64,000 nt of DNA from Treponemataceae bacterium (GTDB lineage: Bacteria > Spirochaetota > Spirochaetia > Treponematales > Rectinemataceae): positions 448,001 through 512,000 of the forward strand of contig CAXXHO010000005.1 of NCBI GenBank assembly GCA_963667725.2, given 5' to 3'. Below are positions 20,408-30,963 of this stretch, piece after piece; within the stretch, counting starts at the first letter, position 1, and every line of letters begins with the position of its first letter. The position numbers and the translations under genes were made by a program. Under the pieces are notes generated by a model. It saw only the letters and a program-made list of their open reading frames with translations, searched no databases and was not told where the DNA came from.

Positions 20408-21394
20408 TTAAGAGCTTATCGATAAATACTCAGACTTTGTTTTTTCGCCTTCTAATAGCTCTATAAATGTAACAAATTGTTTATTCGAAAGATCTTGCGG
20501 CTTTTTTGATAAATACTTTTTTACATCAGAAAAATCCCAATTAATGCGTTTTTTCTTTTCGTCATTACTTAGTTTTTCCAAATAATTATTAATAATTACT
20601 GATATAGTTTCATTCTTTATGTATTTCGCTAGCACATTAAAATAAATTTTTCTTTCTACCAAATCATTTCCCTCTGTAAATACAATACTATATTCTTTTA
20701 CTTTTTCCTCATACTTAGCTATCTGATCTGATAAAAGATATAATTCAAGTATATTAACTTTTGCGCTAGTGTCTGTTGGATCGGCAGATATCAGCTCTTC
20801 ATAAGTCGATATTGCGTTTGCTAATTGATCTGTTTTCCAGAAGCAATGAGCTTTTAGCCTTAGAATTGTCGTATCTTTTTTATTAAGCTCATATGCAATG
20901 GTTAGGTAACTTAGAGCTCTTTGGTAATTACGTTGCGAAATATAGTTACTTGCTTTTTCTTGTATTTCAAGAATTTTTATTTTTGCAGTTTGTTCTTCGT
21001 TTATCTTCGTAATTTCTGTATATCGATCTTTAAGTTGCTTTTGTTCCTTAGATGATTCCTTAATCTGATTATCAAATTCAAATCTCATTTTTCTAATATT
21101 TTCTAATTCATTTTTATATTCTTTATTAATAGAGCTAATACTTTTTAGGCCCAAAAAACCAATAATGGAGAAAACCCCTAAAACGATTGCAATAACGACG
21201 TTAATAGTTTGATAGTTTGAAGAATATGTTTCCTTTAGAAGATCTTTTTCTATTTGATAGTTTATTTGATCTCTTTCCATTATTTCAATTTTATGCTTAA
21301 GGTCTGCTATATCACTAGTAATAGCTTTAATATCTTGCGCGAAAGAGAAAGTAGATATAAAAACCAAGCAAATGACTAAAAATAGCTTTTTCAT
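20408..21394 (-). CDS. Signal peptide + TM + coiled coil + TPR-like protein
   Basis: Hydrophobic N-terminus, internal TM, YQRALSYL / AISTYEELISADP TPR-like helices. Confidence 0.65.
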   Translation of the reverse strand: MKKLFLVICLVFISTFSFAQDIKAITSDIADLKHKIEIMERDQINYQIEKDLLKETYSSNYQTINVVIAIVLGVFSIIGFLGLKSISSINKEYKNELENIRKMRFEFDNQIKESSKEQKQLKDRYTEITKINEEQTAKIKILEIQEKASNYISQRNYQRALSYLTIAYELNKKDTTILRLKAHCFWKTDQLANAISTYEELISADPTDTSAKVNILELYLLSDQIAKYEEKVKEYSIVFTEGNDLVERKIYFNVLAKYIKNETISVIINNYLEKLSNDEKKKRINWDFSDVKKYLSKKPQDLSNKQFVTFIELLEGEKTKSEYLSISS

Positions 21395-21841
21395 AATTTC
21401 TTTCCTTTTTGTTTTTTTTTACGTTTACATTTGAAAATTTCTTAAAATCCTATTTTTTTACTAAAATTATTAGCTTTCTTCTCGCGCGAAGCGTCGACCT
21501 AACATCAGGCTTAACCTTTAAATCCGCGCCTGAGCTACTGCGAAGGCTTGGCGTGGTTTGTGCATTGTTGTTCTGCACAAACCATGCCAAAGGATTTATA
21601 AGGTTGAAGCATTTGTTAGGCGATTTTTTTTCATACTATTTTTATAATTCTTTTAGTAACAATTATTCCGAACATTATTAATATTTTTTCAATAAAGCAC
21701 TTAACATATTTTTTCTATTATTTATTATCTAATTTACTTGTTATAATATTACTTTCTAGACATTTTAAAGCATTATCTTATTTAAAACATAATTTTAATA
21801 TTTTTACTTTAAGAAATATTATAGTCTTACGACAAGTCTAT

Positions 21842-22087
21842 CTATTCATCTTTTAAAATCAAATCCTTTGATCTATCGTCAAATCCATTAAGATTATTGA
21901 TATCATATGTACAAATAGTAAGTTCATGTTTAAAGTCATTATCTGAAATATGATAATGTACTCCTCTTTTACCTTTAGAATTCATTAGGTCTTCAAGAGC
22001 TAGTTTTAAATCACCAACTTCATTTTCAGTGAAATAAAGAATTACATTCCTTATACATTTGTCTTGTCCTTTATCGAGAATTCTCAT
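21842..22087 (-). CDS. Hypothetical protein
   Basis: GAGG RBS; only ORF in the cassette, followed by a ~220 bp very AT-rich tail. Confidence 0.65.
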   Translation of the reverse strand: MRILDKGQDKCIRNVILYFTENEVGDLKLALEDLMNSKGKRGVHYHISDNDFKHELTICTYDINNLNGFDDRSKDLILKDE

Positions 22088-22299
22088 ATTTACCTCACAA
22101 TATTATCATTTATCAATGCACTTTTTTTATAAAAATCTGCGCGCGAAGCGCGTCCGCCTAACATTTTCGCTTAACCTTTAAGCCCGGCCTGAGCGTAAGC
22201 GAAGGCTTGGCGCGATTCTTGCACCACTTTACGCTGCCGCTCCTACTTTACGGGGTCTCGCAAGAAGCGTGACAAAGGGCTTATAAGGTTGAAGCGGAT

Positions 22300-22528
22300 G
22301 TTAGAAAGCGTTCATGTTCCTTAACACTTATACCAGTGCAGCTCAACACTGTTAGAAAATACGCTGCATTTCAGAGAAATACCGAGATGAAATTGTCAGT
22401 GTTTACTTTAGGTAAATGCTGCAATGAATCTCGGCAATAAAAGATGCAGCGTATTTTCTAACATGAAATCTTACATTCTTTTCTTACATTTACTCTTTTA
22501 TTTTCTTCGAGCCATACGTCTTTCTAAC
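22300..22528. other. ORF-less hairpin cassette, copy 1 of 6
   Basis: Bounded by GTTAGAAAG/CTTTCTAAC; internal 20-bp inverted repeat at 22350-22463. Confidence 0.88.
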
Positions 22529-22733
22529 ATTCGTTTAACCTTTAAACCACGTTCCCGAGCAAAGCGAGGGATTGGCACGTGTTTTTGCATAAGACTTCAT
22601 GCAAAAACCGTGACAAAGTGGTTTATAAGGTTGAAACGGTTGTTATATGCTTTTTATTTATTACCATGATTGTTTATACAGTATAAATAATTATAAAATA
22701 ATAGAACTATGTTGACTGTTTTACAACTATTTC

Positions 22734-23648
22734 CTAATTTTCCAAACCATCTACTTCAGAGTTTTCTATATTAAGAATTGTAGCTGAGTCATTATTTTGC
22801 AGAAATCCCTTATCAATAGATCGAACTTTACTAGTCCCAATTTTCTTTAAGTTAATAAATGTTCTAGACCATACCATTGATCCCATATTATAAAGAAATG
22901 TTGCTGAATATGGTACTATAAAACTTCCATAATATGGATCACGAATATAGATATTACCATATTTATCGTAACCATAAATTACTACAACATGTCCAGAAAA
23001 AGAGCCTTGATATGCTGCAATTAATGGCATTCCTTTATTAATATTTTGTTGAAGAGTTATAAAGCTCAAAGGATTAAAAACTACTTTTGCATCCATATTT
23101 CCAAGTCCATTGAGTGCATAAATAAGCTGATTATCATTTGCTGTTGTTACATATGGAGCCCCAAATACATATGTTACAATTGTGCTCTGTGAATAATTAC
23201 AGTTATAGTATTTTAAAACCATTTGAGCACAGGCAGCCCAACACCATACTTGAGTTTGTTGATACGATAGTCCAACATCTATTGTTTCTACTCCAGAGAC
23301 CGCTGGTTCAGCATCATTTCCCAAGGAAAATGCTGGTAATATTTTTTTATCCGTTAAGCTACTATATTTTGCTGTTACAGTATAATATCCAGGGATATTC
23401 GTAGAAAAGTATTCATCAGTAAATATTTCACCATCAATAAAGATAATTGGCTCGAGATTAGGTATAATTTGGTCATTGTCATTATAAACATTACAGCCAA
23501 TAAAGATTTTATCTATGCCATTGCCAACGACACCAACCTTATCAAAATAGATTTTTATATATTCAGGATCATAATCAAAACAAAGAGAACATCCTGAGAT
23601 AAATAAAGAAAAACAAACTACAACATACTTTTTTATTAGGCTTTTCAT
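22734..23648 (-). CDS. Lipoprotein with papain-like (C39-like) cysteine peptidase domain
   Basis: Lipobox FISGC; QQTQVWCWAACAQM; GHVVVIYGYD; IRDP. Confidence 0.75.
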   Translation of the reverse strand: MKSLIKKYVVVCFSLFISGCSLCFDYDPEYIKIYFDKVGVVGNGIDKIFIGCNVYNDNDQIIPNLEPIIFIDGEIFTDEYFSTNIPGYYTVTAKYSSLTDKKILPAFSLGNDAEPAVSGVETIDVGLSYQQTQVWCWAACAQMVLKYYNCNYSQSTIVTYVFGAPYVTTANDNQLIYALNGLGNMDAKVVFNPLSFITLQQNINKGMPLIAAYQGSFSGHVVVIYGYDKYGNIYIRDPYYGSFIVPYSATFLYNMGSMVWSRTFINLKKIGTSKVRSIDKGFLQNNDSATILNIENSEVDGLEN

Positions 23649-23950
23649 AAAATCCCTCTTTTGTTGATAATATTTAAAGCTTAATATTATGTGCAAATAA
23701 TACTAATATTTATTATTATTCAAAATAAAGAGTTTTATTCTGCCCGAAGGGTCCATATAACATTTTCGCTTAACCTTTAAGCCCGACCTGAGCGTAGCGA
23801 AGGTTTGGCGCGATTCTTGCACCACTTTACGTTGCCGCTCCTACTTTACAGTATCTCGCAAGAATCGTGACAACAGGGCTTATAAGGTTGAAGCGAGTGT
23901 TAGGTCTCTTTTTCTTACTTTAATTACCGGATAACTAATTGTTTTTCTCG

Positions 23951-24385
23951 TTAAATTCTTTTCTTAAATGAATATCCTTTCTTTATATATCCTCGTTTCT
24001 CATAAAAATCATGTGCATTGATTCTCTGAATTCCACTGTTTAAAACTATTGTAGCTGCATTAACGTTTCTAGCATATTTTTCTGCTTCTTCAAGTAATCT
24101 ACTTCCGATTCCCTTATTTTGATATTCTTTCTTTACAGCAAGTGCAGCAACTCTTATATAGTCGCCATCAATTTCATAAGCAAACCCTCGTATCAATCCT
24201 ATGAATCCAACTACTGTATTATCATATTCTGCAATGAATGTACTATAATCAGTATGATTTTTTATCTTATTGAGTCGCAATGCAACATCAAAATCTGAGG
24301 AATTTTTATACCCTAAATCATTTCTGATTATATCTGCAATACAGGAATAGTCTCTTTCATCAATTGCCCTAATAGTACACGTCAT
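23951..24385 (-). CDS. GNAT N-acetyltransferase
   Basis: LAVKKEYQNKGIGSRLL, AHDFYEKRGY. Confidence 0.88.
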   Translation of the reverse strand: MTCTIRAIDERDYSCIADIIRNDLGYKNSSDFDVALRLNKIKNHTDYSTFIAEYDNTVVGFIGLIRGFAYEIDGDYIRVAALAVKKEYQNKGIGSRLLEEAEKYARNVNAATIVLNSGIQRINAHDFYEKRGYIKKGYSFKKRI

Positions 24386-24610
24386 ATTGTTCTCTTTTAT
24401 CTCAATGAAACACAGAGCACTATTTTAGATTTTTACTGAATCTAATCAACCATAATATTCACGCTTCTTACTCTTCGGCGCGAAGCGTCGACCTAACATT
24501 TTCGCTTAACCTTTAAATCCGTCCTGAGCGTAGCGAAGGATTGGCGCGCATTTTGCATTGTTGTTCCTGCAAAATGCGTGTCAACAGGATTTATAAGGTT
24601 GAAGCGGGTG

Positions 24611-25453
24611 TTAGGTGCTTAGTTTTCTTTCTGCTGATTCAACCGTTTGACACATAAGTGTCACAATTGTCATCGGACCTACTCCTCCAGGAACAGGAGT
24701 ATATGCTGATGCTTTCGCATATGCTTCTTTCTCAACATCCCCTATTCCACCAGGATGATATCCTGCATCTACTATTACTGCCCCATCCTTAATCCAATTT
24801 GCCTTAACAAAGTTAGGCTTTCCAATTGCCGCTACAACAATATCAGCTTCTTGAATAATTGATTCAATGTTTTCTGTTCTTGAATGACATATTGTAATCG
24901 TTGCATTCTCATTTAAAAGCAGCATAGTAATAGGTTTTCCAAGAATTGCACTTCTCCCAATAACCACGGCCTTCTTCCCCACCATAGGTATCTTATAGTA
25001 CTTGAGTAGTTTAATAATCCCACCAGGAGTTGCTGAAACAAAGGCATGTTCACCTAATGCCATCTGACCAAATCCAAGAGCAGTCACACCATCGACATCT
25101 TTTTGAGAATCTATTCTATCAAAACAAATTCTTTCATCAATCTGTTTTGGAACAGGATGCTGCAATAAAATACCAAATACACTACTATCATTATTTAATG
25201 TATCGATAACTGAAAGCAATTCATCCGTCGTTGTAGTTTCACTCAGTTCAACTTTCTTCGTACCAAGGCCTATTCTCTTGCAAGTATTGCCTTTCATTGT
25301 GACATATATCTTTGATGAAGGATCGTTGCCCACTAAAATCGTAGCCAATACTGGTTGAATAGTTGATTGTGTTATGATCTTTTTAACACGTTCTTTTAAT
25401 TCAAGCTCAAGTTCAGTAGCCAATTTCTTTCCATCAAGTACAATTTGTTCCAT
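24611..25453 (-). CDS. folD: Bifunctional methylenetetrahydrofolate dehydrogenase/cyclohydrolase (start reassigned to MEQIVLDGK)
   Basis: LATILVGNDPSSKIYV, GILLQHPVP, KDVDG, VIGRSAILGKP, TPVPGGVGPMT. Confidence 0.93.
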   Translation of the reverse strand: MEQIVLDGKKLATELELELKERVKKIITQSTIQPVLATILVGNDPSSKIYVTMKGNTCKRIGLGTKKVELSETTTTDELLSVIDTLNNDSSVFGILLQHPVPKQIDERICFDRIDSQKDVDGVTALGFGQMALGEHAFVSATPGGIIKLLKYYKIPMVGKKAVVIGRSAILGKPITMLLLNENATITICHSRTENIESIIQEADIVVAAIGKPNFVKANWIKDGAVIVDAGYHPGGIGDVEKEAYAKASAYTPVPGGVGPMTIVTLMCQTVESAERKLST

Positions 25454-25625
25454 GTATGTTTCCTTTTGCGCCGAAGGCGTCCACCTAACATCGGGCTTAA
25501 CCTTTAAAGCCTGTTCCTGAGCGAAGCGAGGGATTGGCGTGGTTTTTGCGTGAAGGAGCGTAGCGACTCGCAAAAACCATGACAAAAGGCTTTATAAGGT
25601 TGAAGCAGTTGTTCGGTGCTTATTA

Positions 25626-26465
25626 TTACCAATTTCTATATGTAAGTTGAGATTTATAAAGCCCTTTCCCTTTTTGTGGTATAAATAACAAACCATTTCT
25701 ATCGCAAAAATCTTCAACAGCAATATAGTTAATTTCTTGTTTAGGATTGGCACTGATAATAACTTCCATTATCATTTGTTCTATATCAAAATTGCTAATC
25801 TTATAATATGGTAATATAGAATTATTTCTATAACGAAATTCATAATTTTTTGAAGGATTATGCACCCCAGCAATTATTAGTCTCCATTCCTGTTCTTCTT
25901 CAAATTCTTCCATTTTTATTATTGGACTATATATTATTAATCGACTTATAAGATCTGATCCAAGATTTATAAGCCCCATGCCTTTTTGTTTTTCAAAACT
26001 ATCATTAATAATTTCATCTATTAGTTTAATATGATCTTTACTATTATAGACACATTTACATAAAAATATATCATCTACATCAATGGTAGATATTTTCCTT
26101 AAATAGTAAGAGTTAACACCAATACAAAATCCAGGTATGCTATTTGCGTATCCTCGCCATTGACTCAATTTATCCCTTTGAGTCGACATCGAGAAAACAC
26201 ATGTCATTTGATCAGCTTGTATCTTTAATAAAGATATTAATTGATTAGCCTCATCTCCACTTAAGCCAAATTCATCTTTTCTTTGCCAAATCCTATCCAA
26301 AAGTAATATTTTTGGATATTCAAATTCAGCAATATCGTTACAATATAAATAATTTGATGCCCATATTTCCTTTTTTGATATTATACCTAAAAATGACTCT
26401 GCATCTGTATAATGGTACAATACTTCTGGAGGTTCTTGGTCTCTAAGCAATTTGAACTCACTCAT
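25626..26465 (-). CDS. DUF2971 domain protein
   Basis: LYHYTD...ND..E, DKLSQWRGYA, K...FEEEQEWRL. Confidence 0.8.
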   Translation of the reverse strand: MSEFKLLRDQEPPEVLYHYTDAESFLGIISKKEIWASNYLYCNDIAEFEYPKILLLDRIWQRKDEFGLSGDEANQLISLLKIQADQMTCVFSMSTQRDKLSQWRGYANSIPGFCIGVNSYYLRKISTIDVDDIFLCKCVYNSKDHIKLIDEIINDSFEKQKGMGLINLGSDLISRLIIYSPIIKMEEFEEEQEWRLIIAGVHNPSKNYEFRYRNNSILPYYKISNFDIEQMIMEVIISANPKQEINYIAVEDFCDRNGLLFIPQKGKGLYKSQLTYRNW

Positions 26466-26644
26466 TAATAACTCTCCAAATTTTGGCGCCGAAGGCGTCC
26501 ACCGAACATTGGCTTAACCCTTAACGCCTGTTCCTGAGCGAAGCGAAGGATTGGCGTGGTTTTTGCATTGTTGTTCTTGCAAAAACCATGACAAAAGGCG
26601 TTATAGGGTTGAAGCAGGTGTTAGCCGATTGTATTTTAAATCTT

Positions 26645-27403
26645 CTAAATATTCATTTTTATTTCATCATTTTCAATTATATATTCCATTAGCGTATCAA
26701 ATATATAGCCTAACATAATAGTTATATCATCAATCCATTTTTTACAAATATTCCCCCACTTTTTTCGAATAGACCTAAATGCATCTGTTTTAATACTCTT
26801 CATGTAGTTAACAAAATCCTTGTCATCACTTTTTTCAAGAAGACAAAGACTATGAATTTGTTCTACATCGCTATCAGAGTATCGATCTTGATGAACGTGC
26901 AATCCACGAATATTATTGACACCACTAAATAGCTTAACATTTTTCCTTTTTAGAATTTCAATTATTTTGAATAGCTCTTCACTTTTACTTAATTTATAAT
27001 ATCGCTCAATTTTGCTTAGTAATGAGTTAATTCTATTATTTATAATATATAATTCATTAAGAAAACTATTTATATGATATCTTATATACTCTTCTTCAGT
27101 GATTTGTAGCTTTTTACTATAGCCATGCTTGAAGAAACTTTTACTTATCTCTAGATTATCTATTGAAGACATTACCTCTGAAAGAGGTTTAAAATAATAA
27201 TTGATAAATTTTAATTGCTCTTCACTTAAATTATTTTTTTCTAAAGAATGCGGCCCCTCAGTATTAAATATTACATTAGATAGTACTACTCCTAATTCTT
27301 TGTCCTTTCTTAATGTGGCTTCAGTCAAGTACTTTACAGCTTGATCAATAATTATCTTTTGATAACTAATATATTTTTTTTGATATTCTTCAATTTTTTT
27401 CAT
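26645..27403 (-). CDS. HEPN-like protein (Cthe_2314-like)
   Basis: YIRYHINSFLNELY, IRGLHVHQ RxxxxH motif. Confidence 0.6.
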   Translation of the reverse strand: MKKIEEYQKKYISYQKIIIDQAVKYLTEATLRKDKELGVVLSNVIFNTEGPHSLEKNNLSEEQLKFINYYFKPLSEVMSSIDNLEISKSFFKHGYSKKLQITEEEYIRYHINSFLNELYIINNRINSLLSKIERYYKLSKSEELFKIIEILKRKNVKLFSGVNNIRGLHVHQDRYSDSDVEQIHSLCLLEKSDDKDFVNYMKSIKTDAFRSIRKKWGNICKKWIDDITIMLGYIFDTLMEYIIENDEIKMNI

Positions 27404-27666
27404 ATGCTATCTATTATAGATATATGCCCGAAGGGTCCGGCTAACATTGGCTTAACCTTTAAAGCCTGGCCCGAGCGGCGTTGCGTAGCAACGATGCGAG
27501 GGATTGGCGTGGTTTTTGCGTAGAGGAGCGAAGCGACTCGCAAAAACCATGACAAAAGGCTTTATAAGGTTGAAGCATTTGTTAGCTGAATTATACTAAA
27601 CATATTTATTAACAAGGCTTTCTCGTCTTAGTAATTATCATTCTTTCAAATATTCTTCTATATCTA

Positions 27667-29538
27667 TTATACCGTTTTTTTAAAAAAACTTTCTCTTGCA
27701 TACATATATTTAGGATAATTATTATAATGTTCTTTTAAAACTAATAATAGCATTTTATCGTTAAGTGATTCATTAATGCTTGCTATTTTATATTTTTCTA
27801 AAACAGAATTGAAATTATTCTTTTCTACAATTTCATTAAATATTCTTTCGAATGAATCAAAATTTGCATCAAACGGTATAAGCATTGTTTGTTTATCAAG
27901 CAACTTATTTTCAATTTCTATATATCTAGAGTATAATGCAATAAATGAGACATTTATTTCTTGGCTAACATTAAAATCAGGTTTTTCTTGTATTAATCGG
28001 TTAACAAATGTCATAATAAAACTTGTTCTATCTACTATTTTAATTATATGGTTTAATACAAGATTTGAGAAATACAAGCTCTGATCAGATGAAAGAGTTA
28101 CAGCAACTGCAAATTCATTCGGTAAAATATTAATATAATTTTTAATAACATATATATCAGGCAATCGACTTATAAATTCAGCAGTGAGATATTCTTGTAG
28201 AGATTTATGTGTAAATTCATACGATTGAAAGCTACATTTAATAATTAATCCAGTATGACTTTCTATCTCTTCAACTACTGATTCAACTTGATCTTTCGGT
28301 AGATCATAGTTCACATATATTTCTTTATATACTTCTTTCAATTCATATGTAGTGAATATATTTTTTTTAATCTTTATAGTAATTTTATATGCTATATTAC
28401 TAATAAATTCAAATTTTCTATCAGTTTCAAATCTTGAATACTTCGTACCACGAATAATTGCTCTTTGCTGATCCCATTCCTCAAGTAATAAGTTAACAAT
28501 TTTCCTATACACTGTTCTAGGTTTTTCTGGAATTGACCCAGACCTTTCATAAATTGCACATAAGTGTGCAAGAGTTAATGGCTTAATTGTTGCATCATAA
28601 AAAGGAGAGTTTTCTATTTGAGCAAGTAATATTTCATTACTACTTTTTTGTGGAAACCATCTCTTTACAAATTTCTTTATTTGTTCCTTATCTAAAGGAG
28701 CAATTTCGTATTGTTCTACTTTTTCCATTACAATTAGCTGTTCACCAGTTCTTATTGTTGAAATAACTTTACATGTATTTAAATTTTTAGCCATAAAATT
28801 AATGTTAAATAATATTGATTTTTTCATATCTTCTGAAATTGATTCATCGATTCCTTCAATTATTAAATATGAACATACTTTATCTAGATAATTACAAATA
28901 CGACGTCGATACTCTAAATTATACCTCTTTTCTTTATCTTCACTATCATCAATTTCATTATTACCTTTATTATTAATTAAAATTTGGATTATTGCATTAT
29001 TAATATTCTTAATTCCGAGAGTATCAACAATATGATCAAATATTATATTTGAAATTTTATCATTATTCTTTGACTTTACTCCAAGAAGCATTTCTCTTAC
29101 AATAATTAAAATCGGTATTTGCTTTGCTTTTTCTACATCAATTCCTTCTATTACTTTATTAATAAAATATTTCATTGATGTTGTCTTTCCTGAACCAGGT
29201 TGCCCCATTATCATTAAATGGTTCTCTTCCTTTGCAATAATTTTAATTAGCTTTTCTTTTCTAATATTTTCTTTATCACTAATTCTTATCGATTTTGGAT
29301 ATAAATATGTGTCAAGTTGTATATAAACATTAGCCATTTTTTGTGAATGTGGTAAATCACGAAAGTTGATTTCTTCAGCCCACGATTTGCAGTAATGAAT
29401 ATGGCTTTTTATACTTTCGGTAATACTCATCTTATTCTCAACAATTGATAGTAACTTCTCTTTATGAGATTCTATCTCGGAAAATAATGCCGAACTTAAT
29501 CTTGATGCGGTTTCAATTGCCATCATTTGAAGGTCCAT
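27667..29538 (-). CDS. NACHT/STAND P-loop NTPase
   Basis: Walker A GQPGSGKTT, Walker B LIIEGIDE, STIR sensor, PLTL, FTHKSLQEYLTA winged-helix motif. Confidence 0.85.
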   Translation of the reverse strand: MDLQMMAIETASRLSSALFSEIESHKEKLLSIVENKMSITESIKSHIHYCKSWAEEINFRDLPHSQKMANVYIQLDTYLYPKSIRISDKENIRKEKLIKIIAKEENHLMIMGQPGSGKTTSMKYFINKVIEGIDVEKAKQIPILIIVREMLLGVKSKNNDKISNIIFDHIVDTLGIKNINNAIIQILINNKGNNEIDDSEDKEKRYNLEYRRRICNYLDKVCSYLIIEGIDESISEDMKKSILFNINFMAKNLNTCKVISTIRTGEQLIVMEKVEQYEIAPLDKEQIKKFVKRWFPQKSSNEILLAQIENSPFYDATIKPLTLAHLCAIYERSGSIPEKPRTVYRKIVNLLLEEWDQQRAIIRGTKYSRFETDRKFEFISNIAYKITIKIKKNIFTTYELKEVYKEIYVNYDLPKDQVESVVEEIESHTGLIIKCSFQSYEFTHKSLQEYLTAEFISRLPDIYVIKNYINILPNEFAVAVTLSSDQSLYFSNLVLNHIIKIVDRTSFIMTFVNRLIQEKPDFNVSQEINVSFIALYSRYIEIENKLLDKQTMLIPFDANFDSFERIFNEIVEKNNFNSVLEKYKIASINESLNDKMLLLVLKEHYNNYPKYMYARESFFKKTV

Positions 29539-29902
29539 ATATACTCCATAGATTCAAACTTTAAATATAAATTTTTATTTAATGTTTTGAGTCAAAATCA
29601 TCATTTATACTATATTTATTTATATACACAGCACTCATTTATAATTGATTTTTTGAAATTTTAGCTTTATCGTTCTTTATTCACATAATTATCAATCCTT
29701 ACTATGATTTAATTCCATAATTACAAATATACAATATATGCGATAATATATTTGGCATGATTTTTATGCGCCGAAGGCGTCCAGCTAACATTTTCGCTTA
29801 ACCTTTAAATCCGTCCTGAGCGATAGCGAAGGATTGGCGTGGTTTTTGCGTGATCTTCTCGCAAAAACCATGACAACAGGATTTATAAGGTTGAAGCGGA
29901 TG

Positions 29903-30397
29903 TTAGGTAATTTTTTCCCCATACATTCTTTGTTCTACATTCCATGTCTTTCCATTATCGAACGATACTTCATCTATCCACGTAAATGCATACTCCGTTA
30001 TGTCTTTAAATCTCCATATCTCTTTCTTATCGTTTAATCCTAATAACTCTTGTATGATTTCTTTATTCTCTTCTCTTCCCACTAAGTGCGCAAATTCATT
30101 ATTACTCGGTTGCATCCAACTTACATGCCATATATCTTTTTTGATGTCGTAGCACCTAATGGTTGTCCCATATGTATCTCTAGGATAGCCATCTGCATAT
30201 AAAACATCTTGAATACCTAAGCCGCCTAGTATCCAAGCAAAATGCCATTCTCCAGTAGCTTCTCTAGTTTCTCCATTTGAATTATACCAAATAGATCGTA
30301 TTTTCCAGCTTCCAATAAGCTGTCCATAGAGCATTACTTTCTGTTTATATGCTTCATTTGCAGTTGATGCTCGTATGAGATCAAAAATGTCTTGCAT
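29903..30397 (-). CDS. Conserved hypothetical protein; paralog of 13090..13584
   Basis: Same length (164 aa) and near-identical sequence. Confidence 0.7.
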   Translation of the reverse strand: MQDIFDLIRASTANEAYKQKVMLYGQLIGSWKIRSIWYNSNGETREATGEWHFAWILGGLGIQDVLYADGYPRDTYGTTIRCYDIKKDIWHVSWMQPSNNEFAHLVGREENKEIIQELLGLNDKKEIWRFKDITEYAFTWIDEVSFDNGKTWNVEQRMYGEKIT

Positions 30398-30624
30398 TGT
30401 CGCTCCTTAAAAACTAAGAAAGCTTTAAATTGCAATTTGAAAGCTTGTAGTAATGATCTTCTTGCGCGCCGAAGGCGTCTACCTAACATTTTCGCTTAAC
30501 CTTTAAGCCCGACCTGAGCGTAAGCGAAGGTTTGGCGCGATTCTTGCAACACTTTACGTTGCCGCTCCTACTTTACTGAATCTCGCAAGAAGCGTGCCAA
30601 AGGGCTTATAAGGTTGAAGCGGGT

Positions 30625-30851
30625 GTTAGAAAGCGTTCATGTTCCTTAAAACTTATACCTGGGCAGCTTAACACTGTTAGAAAATGCGCTGCATTTCAGA
30701 GAAATACCGAGATGAGTTGTCAGCGTTTACTTTAGGTAAATGCTGCAATGAATCTCGGCAATAAAAGATGCAGCGTATTTTCTAACATGAAATCTTACAT
30801 TCTTTTCTTACATTACCTTTTCTTTTTCTTCGAGCCATACGTCTTTCTAAC
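30625..30851. other. ORF-less hairpin cassette, copy 2 of 6
   Basis: Near-identical to 22300..22528. Confidence 0.88.
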
Positions 30852-30963
30852 ATTGGCTTAACCCTTAACGCCTGTTCCTGAGCGAAGCGAAGGATTGGCG
30901 TGGTTTTTGCGTCATCTTCTCGCAAAAACCATGACAAAAGGCGTTATAGGGTTGAAGCATTTG

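Noticed and set aside
22350..22463. Retron msr-msd or group II intron fragment as the identity of the long hairpin
   Set aside because: No reverse transcriptase in the window, and no recognisable msr or domain V features.
22424..22669. 81 aa plus-strand ORF or a short basic MARRK peptide as the cargo of the six-copy cassette
   Set aside because: Neither frame is conserved among the copies (indels and different stops).
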